Shown: positions 43,306 through 54,714 of the stretch, one piece after another
How the letters are laid out: every line of letters starts with the position of its first letter
Position numbering within the stretch: the stretch's first letter is position 1
DNA from: an uncultured Nitrososphaerales archaeon
Lineage (GTDB): Archaea; Thermoproteota; Nitrososphaeria; Nitrososphaerales; Nitrososphaeraceae
Direction: 5' to 3'
DNA: 64,000 bases
Assembly (NCBI GenBank): GCA_963713605.1
Contig: CAVQMO010000005.1
Coordinates: forward strand, 64,001 to 128,000
Made by a program: the position numbers and the translations under genes
Notes under the pieces: generated by a model
The model's input: only the letters and a program-made list of their open reading frames with translations
Databases searched by the model: none
Told to the model about the DNA's origin: nothing

Positions 43306-43607
43306 CGCAGAATCACTTTTACCTGTTGCATACTCAGAGTAATTGTTTGTTACTCCAATTGTGCCGGTAGGGAAGTGGGTCGATAATTATAGATCTAACG
43401 GAATAAATCACTGAAGGAGAAGGGGTACATGTATATCAATAGAAATTCTGATATCCCCGACGAAATAATTACAACTCCTTCCTGCGACTGTGACTTTCGT
43501 ATAGTCGCTTGATTGATATTTTAATCCTAATGATACATCTTATGATGCTACTGTTGTTCATGAAAATAATGTAGCGAACTACTGACTAATTGATTGGATC
43601 CGTTATT

Positions 43608-44216
43608 CTAAAAGTTAAAATCACCGCCGAAGTCCATTCCCGAATCTCCAAAACTATCGAAACCCCCTCCTCCACTACTGTCGCTACCAGAATCTGCAGC
43701 ACCGACGTCTTCTTGGCTAGCAGCATCCGAGCCAGAGTCTGTCGAGTCAGAGGCGCTTCCGGAATCTCCAGCCATCGAGCTCTCCTGAGGACTCATTGCC
43801 ATACCCATGAAGGACATCATCGAAGCGAAAAACATTACATTAATCAGACCAGAGAAAAGCATCATCGGGATCCAGGCTCTATCAGCTTCCATAAATGATT
43901 GCAACTGCGCAGTGTTACCATTGCTGTAGGCTTGCTCAATGTCCTTAGCCTTCTGTTGTAATTCTCGTTTTTTGGAGTCAAGCAGGCTCTGACCAGTCGG
44001 ATTGATAACGAATTCTATCTTGTTTCGAAAGAAGCCTTTCTTTTCCATTCGGATTACTAATCGCTGCAGTGCAAGATCGTTGAGTATTAGTTCTACCTGC
44101 GGTTTATCAAGCCGGGTCACCTTGCTAATCTTATCTGCTGTTTTCATTCCTCTGCCGATTGCATCTAGCACCATGAAATGATTTGGACTATCGTTAACCT
44201 TAACGTCACTAGACAT
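43608..44216 (-). CDS. Winged-helix protein with hydrophobic segment and acidic Gly/Ser/Asp/Phe tail
   Basis: N-terminal wHTH pattern (DKISKVTRLDK..VELILNDL...LV...INPTG); Met-rich hydrophobic helix; tail ...GGGGFDSFGDSGMDFGGDFNF. Confidence 0.75.
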   Translation of the reverse strand: MSSDVKVNDSPNHFMVLDAIGRGMKTADKISKVTRLDKPQVELILNDLALQRLVIRMEKKGFFRNKIEFVINPTGQSLLDSKKRELQQKAKDIEQAYSNGNTAQLQSFMEADRAWIPMMLFSGLINVMFFASMMSFMGMAMSPQESSMAGDSGSASDSTDSGSDAASQEDVGAADSGSDSSGGGGFDSFGDSGMDFGGDFNF

Positions 44217-44752
44217 ATGCTATCTTAGGTACTCGCAAATTATAATAAATTATTGGTTTACGTTGTGTTGCAACGTAATGCCTCTCATGAGTAATTTATA
44301 TGCACTAATCAGGTTGGCCAATTGTATGGTCGTAAAATGATTCAGCAAACGCTTCTTTGCTTTAAAAGAGCGAATTCCCTCAACTCTCAAAGACAATAAT
44401 TAGCAAATTTGTCCATGGGAAGCGAACCCAAAAGGAATCAAATGGCTAATCAATTACAGCGACCAACAACTGGACACAGTCTAATTTTATGGCATCCCTG
44501 ATCCCGATTCGCGAATGGTGACACTTTATTGACCTGGAGAAAACAGAGAAAATGGCTAAAAAGGAAATCGTTCAGATTTAATGATAAGGATAATCAAACA
44601 GCAAATACGGTCATAAAGAAATCAGTAGGAAAATTTGCATGCAAGCCTTACAATAATAATCAGAAGTTTGTTAGTTACTAAAATTAATAAAGGTATAGTC
44701 GTTCTGGAGTTTTTGAGGCTACTATTATAAAGACTATGATGGGTAAAAGAAT

Positions 44753-45346
44753 ATGAAACCACTATCGCGACGACGGATTTCAAAAATGCCGCTGCTCGGC
44801 TTTTCAGCAGGACTGCTTCTCCTATCGGTATGCCTCTCGCTCGCAATATCTCCACGTTCTCAACAAAATCTTGCTATCGCGCAAGATCAGTCCCCTAGTG
44901 CAAGTGAAATGTCAGTCAGAGACGAAATATTGTCAAATGATGCTAATGATGAGATAAGGCTATTGCCAAAGTACTCTCCGAATAGTATCTCTCAAGCACT
45001 CAACTACTCACATTTTGTACCACTGAGTCCGTTAAGCAATAGCCCAGGAAATCAAGTCAAATTACTTCTCAACTATAATGTGACTGAATCATCTTTAATG
45101 GATAGCCCTATAAACGCCATTATGGAAATTTATGCCGCCAACCAATCATTGATACGAACTTCATCGCTTCCTCATCCATTAAACCTAACAAGTTCTGAGG
45201 GAACCATCCAACTCGCTACCACTTTAAATGATCACAATCTGAAAAATATAACCGCAGTAGCATTGCTCACAGATGATGAGAAGGCTATTCCTGTATCTAA
45301 CGTCCTGGAGGCCCGGCTCAACTTAGGCGAAATGAGCGAGCGCTGA
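44753..45346 (+). CDS. Secreted hypothetical protein
   Basis: Signal peptide; HFVPLSP...NQVKLLLNY...IRTSSLP; several sequons. Confidence 0.75.
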   Translation: MKPLSRRRISKMPLLGFSAGLLLLSVCLSLAISPRSQQNLAIAQDQSPSASEMSVRDEILSNDANDEIRLLPKYSPNSISQALNYSHFVPLSPLSNSPGNQVKLLLNYNVTESSLMDSPINAIMEIYAANQSLIRTSSLPHPLNLTSSEGTIQLATTLNDHNLKNITAVALLTDDEKAIPVSNVLEARLNLGEMSER

Positions 45347-45652
45347 TTAGTATTATCAATCTTCCATCAATACCGATTGGGGGCCCCTTGCTTATGCATT
45401 TATTTTTATTTTTTATATTGACCGCACTTAATTTCTGTATTTGTTAATGCTACATATGAATTATGTAATAGGTTTCTCAATAAGGGAACATTTGCATGTG
45501 ACCTAGTACTATTAGAAATCTGTTAGTGAAGAATTCTATGACACGGTTTCAAGTTTATTGATTAGGCGATAAATATTATACAGTATTACATAACAGTTTG
45601 GGCAGGAAATTCCAGCTATTCAATATTAGGAAGTACTTGGTAAGAATATACA

Positions 45653-46375
45653 ATGCATTTAGATAATAGTAGATCTCCCTTATTATTAATCTCATTACTT
45701 GGGCTACTTTTGATAGTAGGATTTGTAGTTAGCATAGAGTCCATGAACGCTTCACAGGCCAAGAATGACAATGGTGACAATAACAATAATAATGATCGTG
45801 ATTGTAGTGAAACAAACATAATCATTGGTACAAGAACCTACACCAAGGGGACCGAATGCGATGATATTATCATTGGTTGTCTTATTACTGCGGATGGTAC
45901 TGGATGCAACTCGGGTGACACACTAAGAGGATTAGAACGACATGATGTTCTGCACGGATCCGTCGGAGATGATACTCTTTATGGTGATGAAGGAAATGAT
46001 GAGCTCAGCGGCTCGGACGGTAGCGATCGTTTGTATGGTGGTCCAAATAACGATATTATTATGGCCAGTTTTGGTGGAGATTTCTTGGTAGGAGATAAAG
46101 GAAATGACGAGCTATATGGAGGACCTGGGGATGACGTACTAATTGGCGGACCTGGGCCAGATTATTTCGATTGTGGAGATGGCTACGATATTATTATCGA
46201 CTTTAATCCGACAAATGGTGACACACACGCGGATAATTGTGAAGTAGTGCTTTCTGATTTAGGCAGCAAAGAAATTCTGACCCAAGGTGGGGTAATGACG
46301 AAACTTCAAGCACTAGGAATAGGGTCTCAGAAAAATCCTACTGACCTGGAAAATATTGGGGAAACAATAGATTAA
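45653..46375 (+). CDS. Hemolysin-type (RTX) calcium-binding repeat protein
   Basis: Tandem nonapeptides (GDEGNDELS, GGPNNDIIM, GDKGNDELY, GGPGDDVLI, GGPGPDYFD) after an N-terminal signal/TM segment. Confidence 0.9.
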   Translation: MHLDNSRSPLLLISLLGLLLIVGFVVSIESMNASQAKNDNGDNNNNNDRDCSETNIIIGTRTYTKGTECDDIIIGCLITADGTGCNSGDTLRGLERHDVLHGSVGDDTLYGDEGNDELSGSDGSDRLYGGPNNDIIMASFGGDFLVGDKGNDELYGGPGDDVLIGGPGPDYFDCGDGYDIIIDFNPTNGDTHADNCEVVLSDLGSKEILTQGGVMTKLQALGIGSQKNPTDLENIGETID

Positions 46376-46809
46376 TGAATGATCAATATGATGATCAAAA
46401 AAGGATGTTTTAGCTTGTCACCAGGAAGACCGCTAGAATCCTACGGTTCTCCTTCAGATTTTCACTTTATGATTCGATCGCCTAGCCTATTCTTCTTAAC
46501 TGACAGTATTGAAAATCCTGACGCACTGCTATTAGAGAAGCATTTTTACATTTTATTATACACCTTATTTGTTCAGACCGAGTCAAAAGGCTGAGATTGC
46601 ATTGGTAAAAGTGTTCAATACAACCTGTTTACCAAGTAGCGACTAGCGTAAACATTTCTCGCGGTTATTTTGGCATAACCGGTTCCAATTACGCCTTTTT
46701 GATTAAGTAGCCATCTAGTATCATAGGAAACTGTGACAATTATCCCGTTTTGTTTTAGTGCTAAGATCTAAAGTTTTATTACTTCCGGGCGAACAGATTA
46801 GTAAAATTA

Positions 46810-47415
46810 ATGTATTCTTCGCCCATGCCATTAGGACCAGGAGGCGTTGATGTAATGGGAAATTTGGCAAGCAAGATGGAACTGCAGCTCAAAGATACAG
46901 AACAAGTCAGAACATCGTTTGAAAATGATATTCGGATGTACAAAAATAAGCAGATTAGCAAGAAGGAATTTGTTCATAAAGTAGTTACCTATACTATATC
47001 TCTTTCAGCTTTAAATTTTCTTGTTATACACGTAATCCTTGAGATGAGAACGGCGCTCGAAAAGGGATCTTCGATGAAAGATAATACGGGAGGGATAGTT
47101 GTGGATGATCAATCAGACCCTGGATCACAATTCGGCCTTGGTATTGAGGGGTTTCTCGGAAGCTCCTTTCATGGTAGATCGGGAGATGGTGGAGTCATCC
47201 TGACAGATAGCAACGCAACTTCGATCCACGCTCCGTGCAATATCTGCAATTGTACCGAAACTGACGGATCTTATGACAAGATCCAATATCGTAAAGATCA
47301 AAAAAACATTAAAGAGTATCCCTTAGCGAGCTTTGTGCCAAGGCAGTGTGTTGGCTGTGGAACCGTTCTGTTTCGACCTACGAATTTTTGCGGTACATGC
47401 GGATATAAACAGTAA
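46810..47415 (+). CDS. Conserved hypothetical protein with C-terminal zinc ribbon
   Basis: 201 aa ending CVGCG...NFCGTCG. Confidence 0.7.
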   Translation: MYSSPMPLGPGGVDVMGNLASKMELQLKDTEQVRTSFENDIRMYKNKQISKKEFVHKVVTYTISLSALNFLVIHVILEMRTALEKGSSMKDNTGGIVVDDQSDPGSQFGLGIEGFLGSSFHGRSGDGGVILTDSNATSIHAPCNICNCTETDGSYDKIQYRKDQKNIKEYPLASFVPRQCVGCGTVLFRPTNFCGTCGYKQ

Positions 47416-47578
47416 AATAATTTCAATTTAGATGAAATTGAATACAGTAGGCCAATTCCTGCCGCAGCTTCTGACTGTTTACTTTATAATTCAGTAGAAT
47501 ATTTTGAGGGAGTTGCAATTTTTACTTTCCATTAATATCTTAAAATTTTGTCTCAATACTTCTATTTTAACAAATAGC

Positions 47579-49085
47579 CTACCAACCTAGAGCTAATGCG
47601 GATTTAAGAGCCGCTTCATTCAGAATCGTGCTTATACTCGAACGAGTAGTATTTGAAGAATAAACTCGATCAATTGCTTCATGTATGTGTCCTGCAATAA
47701 TTGGGTATTCTGGTATACTTGGTCTTATATTGCCAAGTGGAATCATCGATATCAAGGTATCGTAGTACGGTAACTCGGTAGCTGATCGGTTGAGAATTAG
47801 CCCTTGCCCTAGTGGGATCTGAGTGGGGAGATATCCTGTACTCTTGAATCCAAGGCCCAAGGATCTCGGGTTCCAAGATTGTCTCGATCAATTCCCATGC
47901 AAGCATCTTGTGGTTGGATGTGATTGGAATGGCTAATTCCCAGCCTCCCATCAATGTACTTGATTGTTTATCAAGACTTGGCACGGGAAACAAGGGGATA
48001 AATCCTATCATATTTTCAAAGTCGGCTCTTTTTATGTCTGCAAAGTATCCAGGTATCCATGAACCTCCCAGGATCATCGCGATTTTTTTCTTAGCAAATT
48101 CGAGGCTATCGCTAGCTGGCAGACTATCTGGTTTCACTCCGGCATCAACTTGATCTTTGATAAAGCCTAGAGCCTGAACCCCTTCTGTACTGTTGTAAGT
48201 GGGAAACCAATATGTCCCCTTAGTCGGATGCCCTTCTTTGAGTTGTACAATGTCGCCTCCTAGCATCCACAGATAGGGAAACCACAGGTCTTGAGAATAA
48301 TATGTGTCAAACAGGATAGTTCCATTTATCCCTCTAGGCGTTAACTCTTGGTTTAACCTCTGTGCAGATTCAATGTAACCCTTCCACGTTTTTATATCGC
48401 CCGCATTGATCTGAGCTTGTCGGAGCAAGTCTTTCCAATACCATAAACCTCTTACATCGGTCCAAGTCCAAATACCGTATACCGTTCCATTATAAGTTCC
48501 ACCGTCCCAGTGTTGCTGATACCAATCGGATGCTCTTTCCCAATTGTCAGTATACGTAGTCAAGTTGGAAAGCAATCCCTTGCTAGCAAATTCACCTAAC
48601 CAAATTTGGTCGACAGATATGAAATCGATTGCTGATTTATTGGACATCAATCGCAGGAATTCTTCCCTAGTATCATTCGTTGGCAGCTCTTGATACACAA
48701 GATGCAAATTTTTGTCGGGATATTTTTGCTGCAATTTTTCCAGACCTTTGTCCAACAATGACTTCCACCTTCCTTTGTCGCCCAAATCGGTAAGGAGACC
48801 TCTTAAAGCAATTTCCGTTCCATTTCCATCTCCTGATTCTATGCTGTCCAAATCAGATGAATTCCTTCTGTCAGTAGATGCAAATGCCAGTGAATGAGTG
48901 AATTCCTCAAAGAAAGGGTCTACTTTTGCACGGGAGACCCCTTGTAAATCCAATCTAAAATGTTGACTATATGAAGACAAATAAACATTAATTTGAAAAA
49001 AAATGATTATAACCAAAATTGCTAAGAATCCCAAGAGAAACGGGTAATAGTTCAATTGAAGGAAAGATGGAACTTCAATAGGCAA
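47579..49085 (-). CDS. Extracellular solute-binding protein (sugar ABC-type family 1), frameshift near 47850
   Basis: TM anchor; DQIWLGEFA, YGIWTWTDVRGLWYWKDLL, AMILGGSW, LMGGWELAI, RPSIPEYP. Confidence 0.85.
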
Positions 49086-49324
49086 TTCCTTGCCAGATAT
49101 GGCATGGTAAATATATTTATGTTTATCTTAACATCAACAAATGTGCCTTCTACCCTGGATGATTCAGTAAATCAGAGGCAGGAAAACTTTCATGATACCT
49201 GACACCCATTTGTGCTGTCGTTATCAGGAAGTGGAAATGTTAAAGTAATCCGCGATATTACTTAGTGGGTATAGAATCAAGAGGGGGACTCTAAACGGAA
49301 AGACTAATTCTGATAGGCATTATA

Positions 49325-51106
49325 GTGGTAGTTTCCATTGCGACTTCCTCATTAATTTTATTAGTTTTTCTACAAAATTTTACAGAGTCAACCGTTAGAA
49401 AAAACATATACGAACAGCAGATTGACAGACAAAAGGAAGTTACAACTAGCATCTCCCAGAGTATCGGCTCTGACCTTGGGAACTTAGTATCTGTATTGGA
49501 TGGTCTTGCAGATTCTGATCTACTTCAAAGAGGTGACTTTGCTTCAGATGAAACAACCAAGCTCGTCAACGAAAAATTGCAAAGATACGGAGCAGAGGTT
49601 AATAACATCTTTCTACTTGATAGTAACAATATAGTGACTGTGGCGATGCCAGGGCCAAATACGACAACAGACTATACAGACTTGAGGGCTGGAGATGACT
49701 TATCTCAGAGGAAATGGGTCAAGGATACAAGAACCAAGTCCGAGGCACCATATTTTTCAGGTGGCTTCGAGAGACAGGGCATATACAAAGAATTTATCAC
49801 ATTCCCAATTCTTGACAGAGAGACAAATGAGAAATTAGGAATCGTGGGTGCTTCAATCTCTACCCTGCCATTCTTCTCGACGTATGGTAACCTCGAAGAC
49901 CTTGATGACCAATTTTTGGTGGTCTATGATAAAACGGGTAACATCATCACTAACCCTGGCAATGCCGGTCTCCTTGGACAAAATTATTTTGGAGAGTTTG
50001 TTCAGGATTTTGTAGCCAGAAATAAGGTGCTGAACAATCTCACTAGGAACCTTCTACAGGGTCACTCAGGCTTTGGAATTTATGACTACGGAAGAGGGGA
50101 GAGAATCACAACCCAAGAACCCATATCGGTAAATGGACGGCCTGAATTCTTCGCACAGACCGTCACACCCACAGTTAGCCTATATTCTGACTTGGAAAAT
50201 TCGCTTTTCATTGAAAGAGTAAAACTATTTTCGCTTTTTGCTGCCACCTTAGCTGGAGTGATTGTACTTATGATATTTCTATTCAAATGGAATAATTCCC
50301 TTAAAAAAGAGGTGAATAAGCGAACTCAGCAGTTGCATGATTCGAATGATCAACTGATGGACGCAAATAACCAGTTGGAGCGCAACAATAAGTTACAAAA
50401 AGAATTCATTAACATTGCGGCTCATGAATTAAGAACTCCTATTCAGCCAATTTTAGGGCTTTCTGAAATTGTAATGAAGGAAAATAAAGACAAAGAGCTT
50501 GACAAATATCTTGAAGTAATATTTAGAAATGCCAAAAGACTTCGGAGATTAACAGAGAACATACTTGACGTAACACGTATTGAAAGCAAAATGCTCAAGT
50601 TAAATAAGGAACCAGTGAGATTGCACAATCTGTTACTATCAGTGGTAAATGACTATCAAACAGAAATTATTAAGGAAAATCGCACAAGACAGATTAAACT
50701 ATTGTACCATCCCCAAATAAACGGTGACCCTGCAGATATAGTAGTGGAAGCAGACACGAGTAGGCTTATACAAATAATTTCAAACCTAATGAATAACGCC
50801 TTGAAATTTTCACGAAAGGAAGAAGCAGTTATCGAGGTAACATTGAGCGAACGTACGGAAGGCAGTAAAAAAATCGCAACAGTTAACGTAATTGACTACG
50901 GCGAAGGCATCGATCCTGGAATGCAACGTAATCTCTTTACAATGTTTTCTACTAATTCTTATGATGGGACAGGTCTTGGACTCTACCTTTGTAAGAACTT
51001 GGTCGAAGCTCAAGGTGGCAGAATATGGGCGAGGAATAATCCATCTGGGAGGGGTGCTGTCTTCGGATTTGACCTTGAAATTATCGATGGCGGACGAAGA
51101 TTTTGA
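49325..51106 (+). CDS. Sensor histidine kinase with extracellular Cache-like domain
   Basis: TM-extracellular domain (DLSQRKWV..T, LGIVG)-TM; EFINIAAHELRTPIQPI; NLMNNALKF; DYGEGI; GTGLGL. True start probably slightly upstream. Confidence 0.9.
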   Translation: MVVSIATSSLILLVFLQNFTESTVRKNIYEQQIDRQKEVTTSISQSIGSDLGNLVSVLDGLADSDLLQRGDFASDETTKLVNEKLQRYGAEVNNIFLLDSNNIVTVAMPGPNTTTDYTDLRAGDDLSQRKWVKDTRTKSEAPYFSGGFERQGIYKEFITFPILDRETNEKLGIVGASISTLPFFSTYGNLEDLDDQFLVVYDKTGNIITNPGNAGLLGQNYFGEFVQDFVARNKVLNNLTRNLLQGHSGFGIYDYGRGERITTQEPISVNGRPEFFAQTVTPTVSLYSDLENSLFIERVKLFSLFAATLAGVIVLMIFLFKWNNSLKKEVNKRTQQLHDSNDQLMDANNQLERNNKLQKEFINIAAHELRTPIQPILGLSEIVMKENKDKELDKYLEVIFRNAKRLRRLTENILDVTRIESKMLKLNKEPVRLHNLLLSVVNDYQTEIIKENRTRQIKLLYHPQINGDPADIVVEADTSRLIQIISNLMNNALKFSRKEEAVIEVTLSERTEGSKKIATVNVIDYGEGIDPGMQRNLFTMFSTNSYDGTGLGLYLCKNLVEAQGGRIWARNNPSGRGAVFGFDLEIIDGGRRF

Positions 51107-51430
51107 ATTCAAGGTAAGGCATGTTAGGCCAAATTAGCGCATTGTTGGATTGTATGGGGCTTCACAAAGAATCAAAACTAGCTGACAGATCCTAATGTTT
51201 TAACATTCAGTTTCCACATAAGTGGGAGTCTCGATCTCTACATATGGACCGGGAGCAGAATGCTTAAATTTTGAGATCCAGATTTCGCGGGAGGAGGAAA
51301 ATAAGGTTAGGTAGATAAATTCTAGCGTTGTAGATCACGGAGAGGAGCTGAGAATGTCAATATTGATTATTTTAATTACAAGGAGGGCTTAGGTAATAAA
51401 TACAGTAACGGTCTGCAAGCCAAATCTGAC

Positions 51431-51935
51431 CTACTTTGTTCCACTTTGTGAAGAATTCCATTTTTCTCTTTTTAGGTCGTACTCAGACCGTGAATATTTG
51501 ATTCTAGCAGGATGACCTATTACAACGGTATCAGAGGGAACATCTCTTGTAACTACTGCACCCATTGCCACAACGCTGTTCTTTCCCACTCGAATGCCCG
51601 GTTTTATGACGGCTCTCCCCCCTATAATGGCCCCATCCTCCACTATAACCCCTGACATTCTGGGACTTGTAGGGTATGGATCGTTAGTAAACGCCGGCAG
51701 CAGGTCCCACAAACACATTTTTTCCAATAACTGTTAATGGTGGAATGTAAACAGAACCTTCTATTCTAGTATTTTCCCCAATCTTGACATTATAGTCTAT
51801 ATGGGCCAAAGACCCGATACTTACGTTGTCTCCGATCACGGTATTACTTCCCACATATGAAAAATGCCAAATCTTCACATTCCTACCTAACTTGGCATCT
51901 GGTGAAATATAATTGACTACCTTATTCTGATCCAT
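51431..51935 (-). CDS. Hexapeptide-repeat acyltransferase (frameshift near 51690)
   Basis: [49 protein letters not shown]...GHPAR. Confidence 0.88.
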
Positions 51936-52120
51936 TGTTTTTCAATACTCTTCAATACTATATAACTCTCTTTTAATACTCCAGGCATAGGTTCCGACTG
52001 CCTGAAATAACAGATCTGTTTTTATTTTGTCTTGATTTCCCGGAATGACGCAATTCAGGATCCTTTAACTGTGAAAGACTGACCAACCGATAATTTCGAT
52101 CTAGAACATAATTTAGTAAC

Positions 52121-52372
52121 GTGAATATTATTACATCGAACTTAATCTTTCTATGGGATATGTATGAACAGGCTACATCCTTCACGAACGACCCAACTGG
52201 TCTAATTTCTGTGCTGATTTGCAAAAGGATAAGTATGTCATTGTGTGATGAAGCTAGAAGTAGAATACATTTGCTATCATATTTTGCAAGACAATGGGAT
52301 GTTTTCCTTGTCGGAGCGGCAATGATAATCGGGTTTACTGTTGTTGTTCTCAAATTGACAGGATTCATTTAG
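52121..52372 (+). CDS. Possible small membrane protein
   Basis: C-terminal hydrophobic helix WDVFLVGAAMIIGFTVVVLKLTGFI. Confidence 0.35.
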   Translation: MNIITSNLIFLWDMYEQATSFTNDPTGLISVLICKRISMSLCDEARSRIHLLSYFARQWDVFLVGAAMIIGFTVVVLKLTGFI

Positions 52373-52598
52373 CGCTGACAAACTTTTGCAGAGTGATATA
52401 CTTCCGCGACTGAAATGAAAGAGGAGAACAATGTTAGATTCTCTCGAACTACCACGCCATTAGGTACTTAGAATTATGTGCCCTGTTAGTAGCAACGAAC
52501 TTGTAGTAAGATGGGTCGAATGCATGTTTTCTATTTTATGAGAAACTTAGGTGCACGATGCCAAATCATTTTTATAAGCTGTCAAATTAAATCGACAT

Positions 52599-52919
52599 AT
52601 GAGCTCTGTAGACTCAGGCGAAGCCGATTTGGATAAGCGTGAACCTAATTTGGAGAAGATTTCAGTAACCAACGAGGAAAAATCAATTGTCTTCACCAAT
52701 CGCAAAGGTGTACCCAGTAGCAGGAGAGGAAGAGGCTATTCCCAAAAGGAGATTGCAGAGGCATCTGCAAATATCGGCCTAGCAAATCAAAATATATCGA
52801 AGGTAAGAGCCTTTCACATCCCCGTTGACAAATTGCGAAGGTCAACCCATCCAGAGAACGTGAAAAAACTTACAAAGGTTCTAGAAAAGGTACTTACAAA
52901 GCAAAAAAACAAAGAATAG
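52599..52919 (+). CDS. rpl13e: 50S ribosomal protein L13e
   Basis: RRGRGYSQKEI...IPVDKLRRSTHPENVKKL. Confidence 0.85.
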   Translation: MSSVDSGEADLDKREPNLEKISVTNEEKSIVFTNRKGVPSSRRGRGYSQKEIAEASANIGLANQNISKVRAFHIPVDKLRRSTHPENVKKLTKVLEKVLTKQKNKE

Positions 52920-53308
52920 GGGCAAAAAGCAGACTCGGACGAAAGACAAGGCTGTTACTACGAAAACCAGCAAGTGACCTCATACTTTATGTTGGTATCA
53001 AATCCGGTAAACCCGGTATCATTAGGGCGATGAAAGATATCTATCTTCAATGCCATGATATAGGACATGAATTTTATAATACTTTTCACTATCTTGGACG
53101 GCAGAGCTACCCAATCATGAAATCGTATGGGTCAAGTCAATTCTGCCAACAATTCGAAGAATGTGATTTTGAAATACAACCGCCGTTCTACCGCTTAACT
53201 TCTAACCGATAGTGCTATTTTTGATTACAGTTCAGAATTGGCACGGCCTAAATACATTCAGATTTTTAAAACTTATAACAGGGGAATATCCCATATCTTA
53301 CGACGAAG

Positions 53309-54494
53309 GTGTTAATTGAAAACGTTATGGTATCTATTTCTCGTTGACCTTGGCTGTATTTACATTTATGTTTTATACACAGGATGTGTCTTTTGCTTCG
53401 CAAGAAAGGCAATAAGTCAATCTCTTCACAGATGATGTTTGACGAGTTAAAACACTCCACAGTGAGCGTCATGAACACGATACCTACGAATCTTTTTAAT
53501 CCCCAGATACAAAATTTAACTGAACTAGGTACCGGTTATGTTTTTGGAGACAAGGGACACATTATTACTGCTTATCACTTATTATCAGGGGCTCGGAACG
53601 TGGATATAATATCAAGTGAAGGAGAAAGATATCCAGCGACGCTAATGGGAGCTGACCCCTATAGTGACGTAGCAATTTTAGAAGTCAATTCTACTGCTTC
53701 AATTCAAAATACGATAACTACCACGTCTGCATAGCAGAGCCAATTATCGATTATTAACGACACCCTTAGGCCAGTGAGTGTGGGTAATTCAAGCGAATTG
53801 CGCGTTGGGGATCCTGTCGTAACTATTGGTTACAATTTTGGCTCGACCGGACCGTCTATGACCGGTGGTTTGGTAAGTAAAACCGATTATGTATTAGCAT
53901 TTCCGGCCGGTGGATTCTCTATACCTAACATAATACAATCCGACGTAACAGTAAATCCTGGCAACTCAGGAGGACCATTGATAGACAAAACTGGAAAAAT
54001 CGTAGGAATGATTTATGGTAGGCTAAATCCGGTGGGTGTACCTTTGGGACAATTCCCTGGGATGACAGCAGTCATTCCCTCGAATATAGTCAATCGAGTC
54101 GCTTCATCAATTGTTGAAAACGGTTATTATCTTCATCCAGGTATCGGGATCATTGGAGAAACGCTCACTCCAGACCTAATCCAACGTATGGTCAACTCTA
54201 CAAATATAGCATCTGATATGCATGGTGTATTCGTAAGTAAATTGCAGAGGGGTGGGACTGCGGATTTAGCAGGCCTGCAGGGGAGTGTCACAAATGAATA
54301 CGGGGAAATACTTGGCGGAGACATAATAACTTCCATAGATGGGTTTTCTGTAGATAGGTTTGAGCAACTTTTGGCATACATTCAGGAACACAAATCAGTA
54401 GGGGACGAATATTTCTTTCAGTTTACTTCGGAATGGCCAAACCTTAGAAAAGAACGGATTAGTTCAGACATTTCTGCCCTCTACAGTCAGATAA
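53309..54494 (+). CDS. HtrA/DegP-like trypsin serine protease with PDZ domain (disrupted; ends approximate)
   Basis: GTGYV...HIITAYH, DPYSDVAIL, IQSDVTVNPGNSGGPL, GGDIITSIDG; in-frame TAG at 53732-53734 plus frameshifts near both ends. Confidence 0.85.
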
Positions 54495-54714
54495 AGTGCT
54501 CAACATGCATATTTTTGGTCTCTGAATTCTTACGGTTTCAAAATGCAATGGACATCCAATTCGAAGTCGAAAGCGATTTTATTCCGTTTCCTATACCGGC
54601 ACATCTAGTTGAAAAAGTCTAGATAAATACATCAAGAATCGAGATTCTAAGTATTTGAAGATATGATTACTAAAACAAAAACTTATTGGCTAGTATTCAT
54701 GACATTCAGCGTGA

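Noticed and set aside
3866..53734. Recurring in-frame TAG codons (micro-ORF near 3866-4042, integrase relic, 39613 micro-ORF, HtrA) as amber recoding or pyrrolysine
   Set aside because: Many intact genes here end in TAG (e.g. 4796, 14863, 19518, 40887, 52919, 60015). The TAGs replace different expected residues, and no pyl genes are seen.
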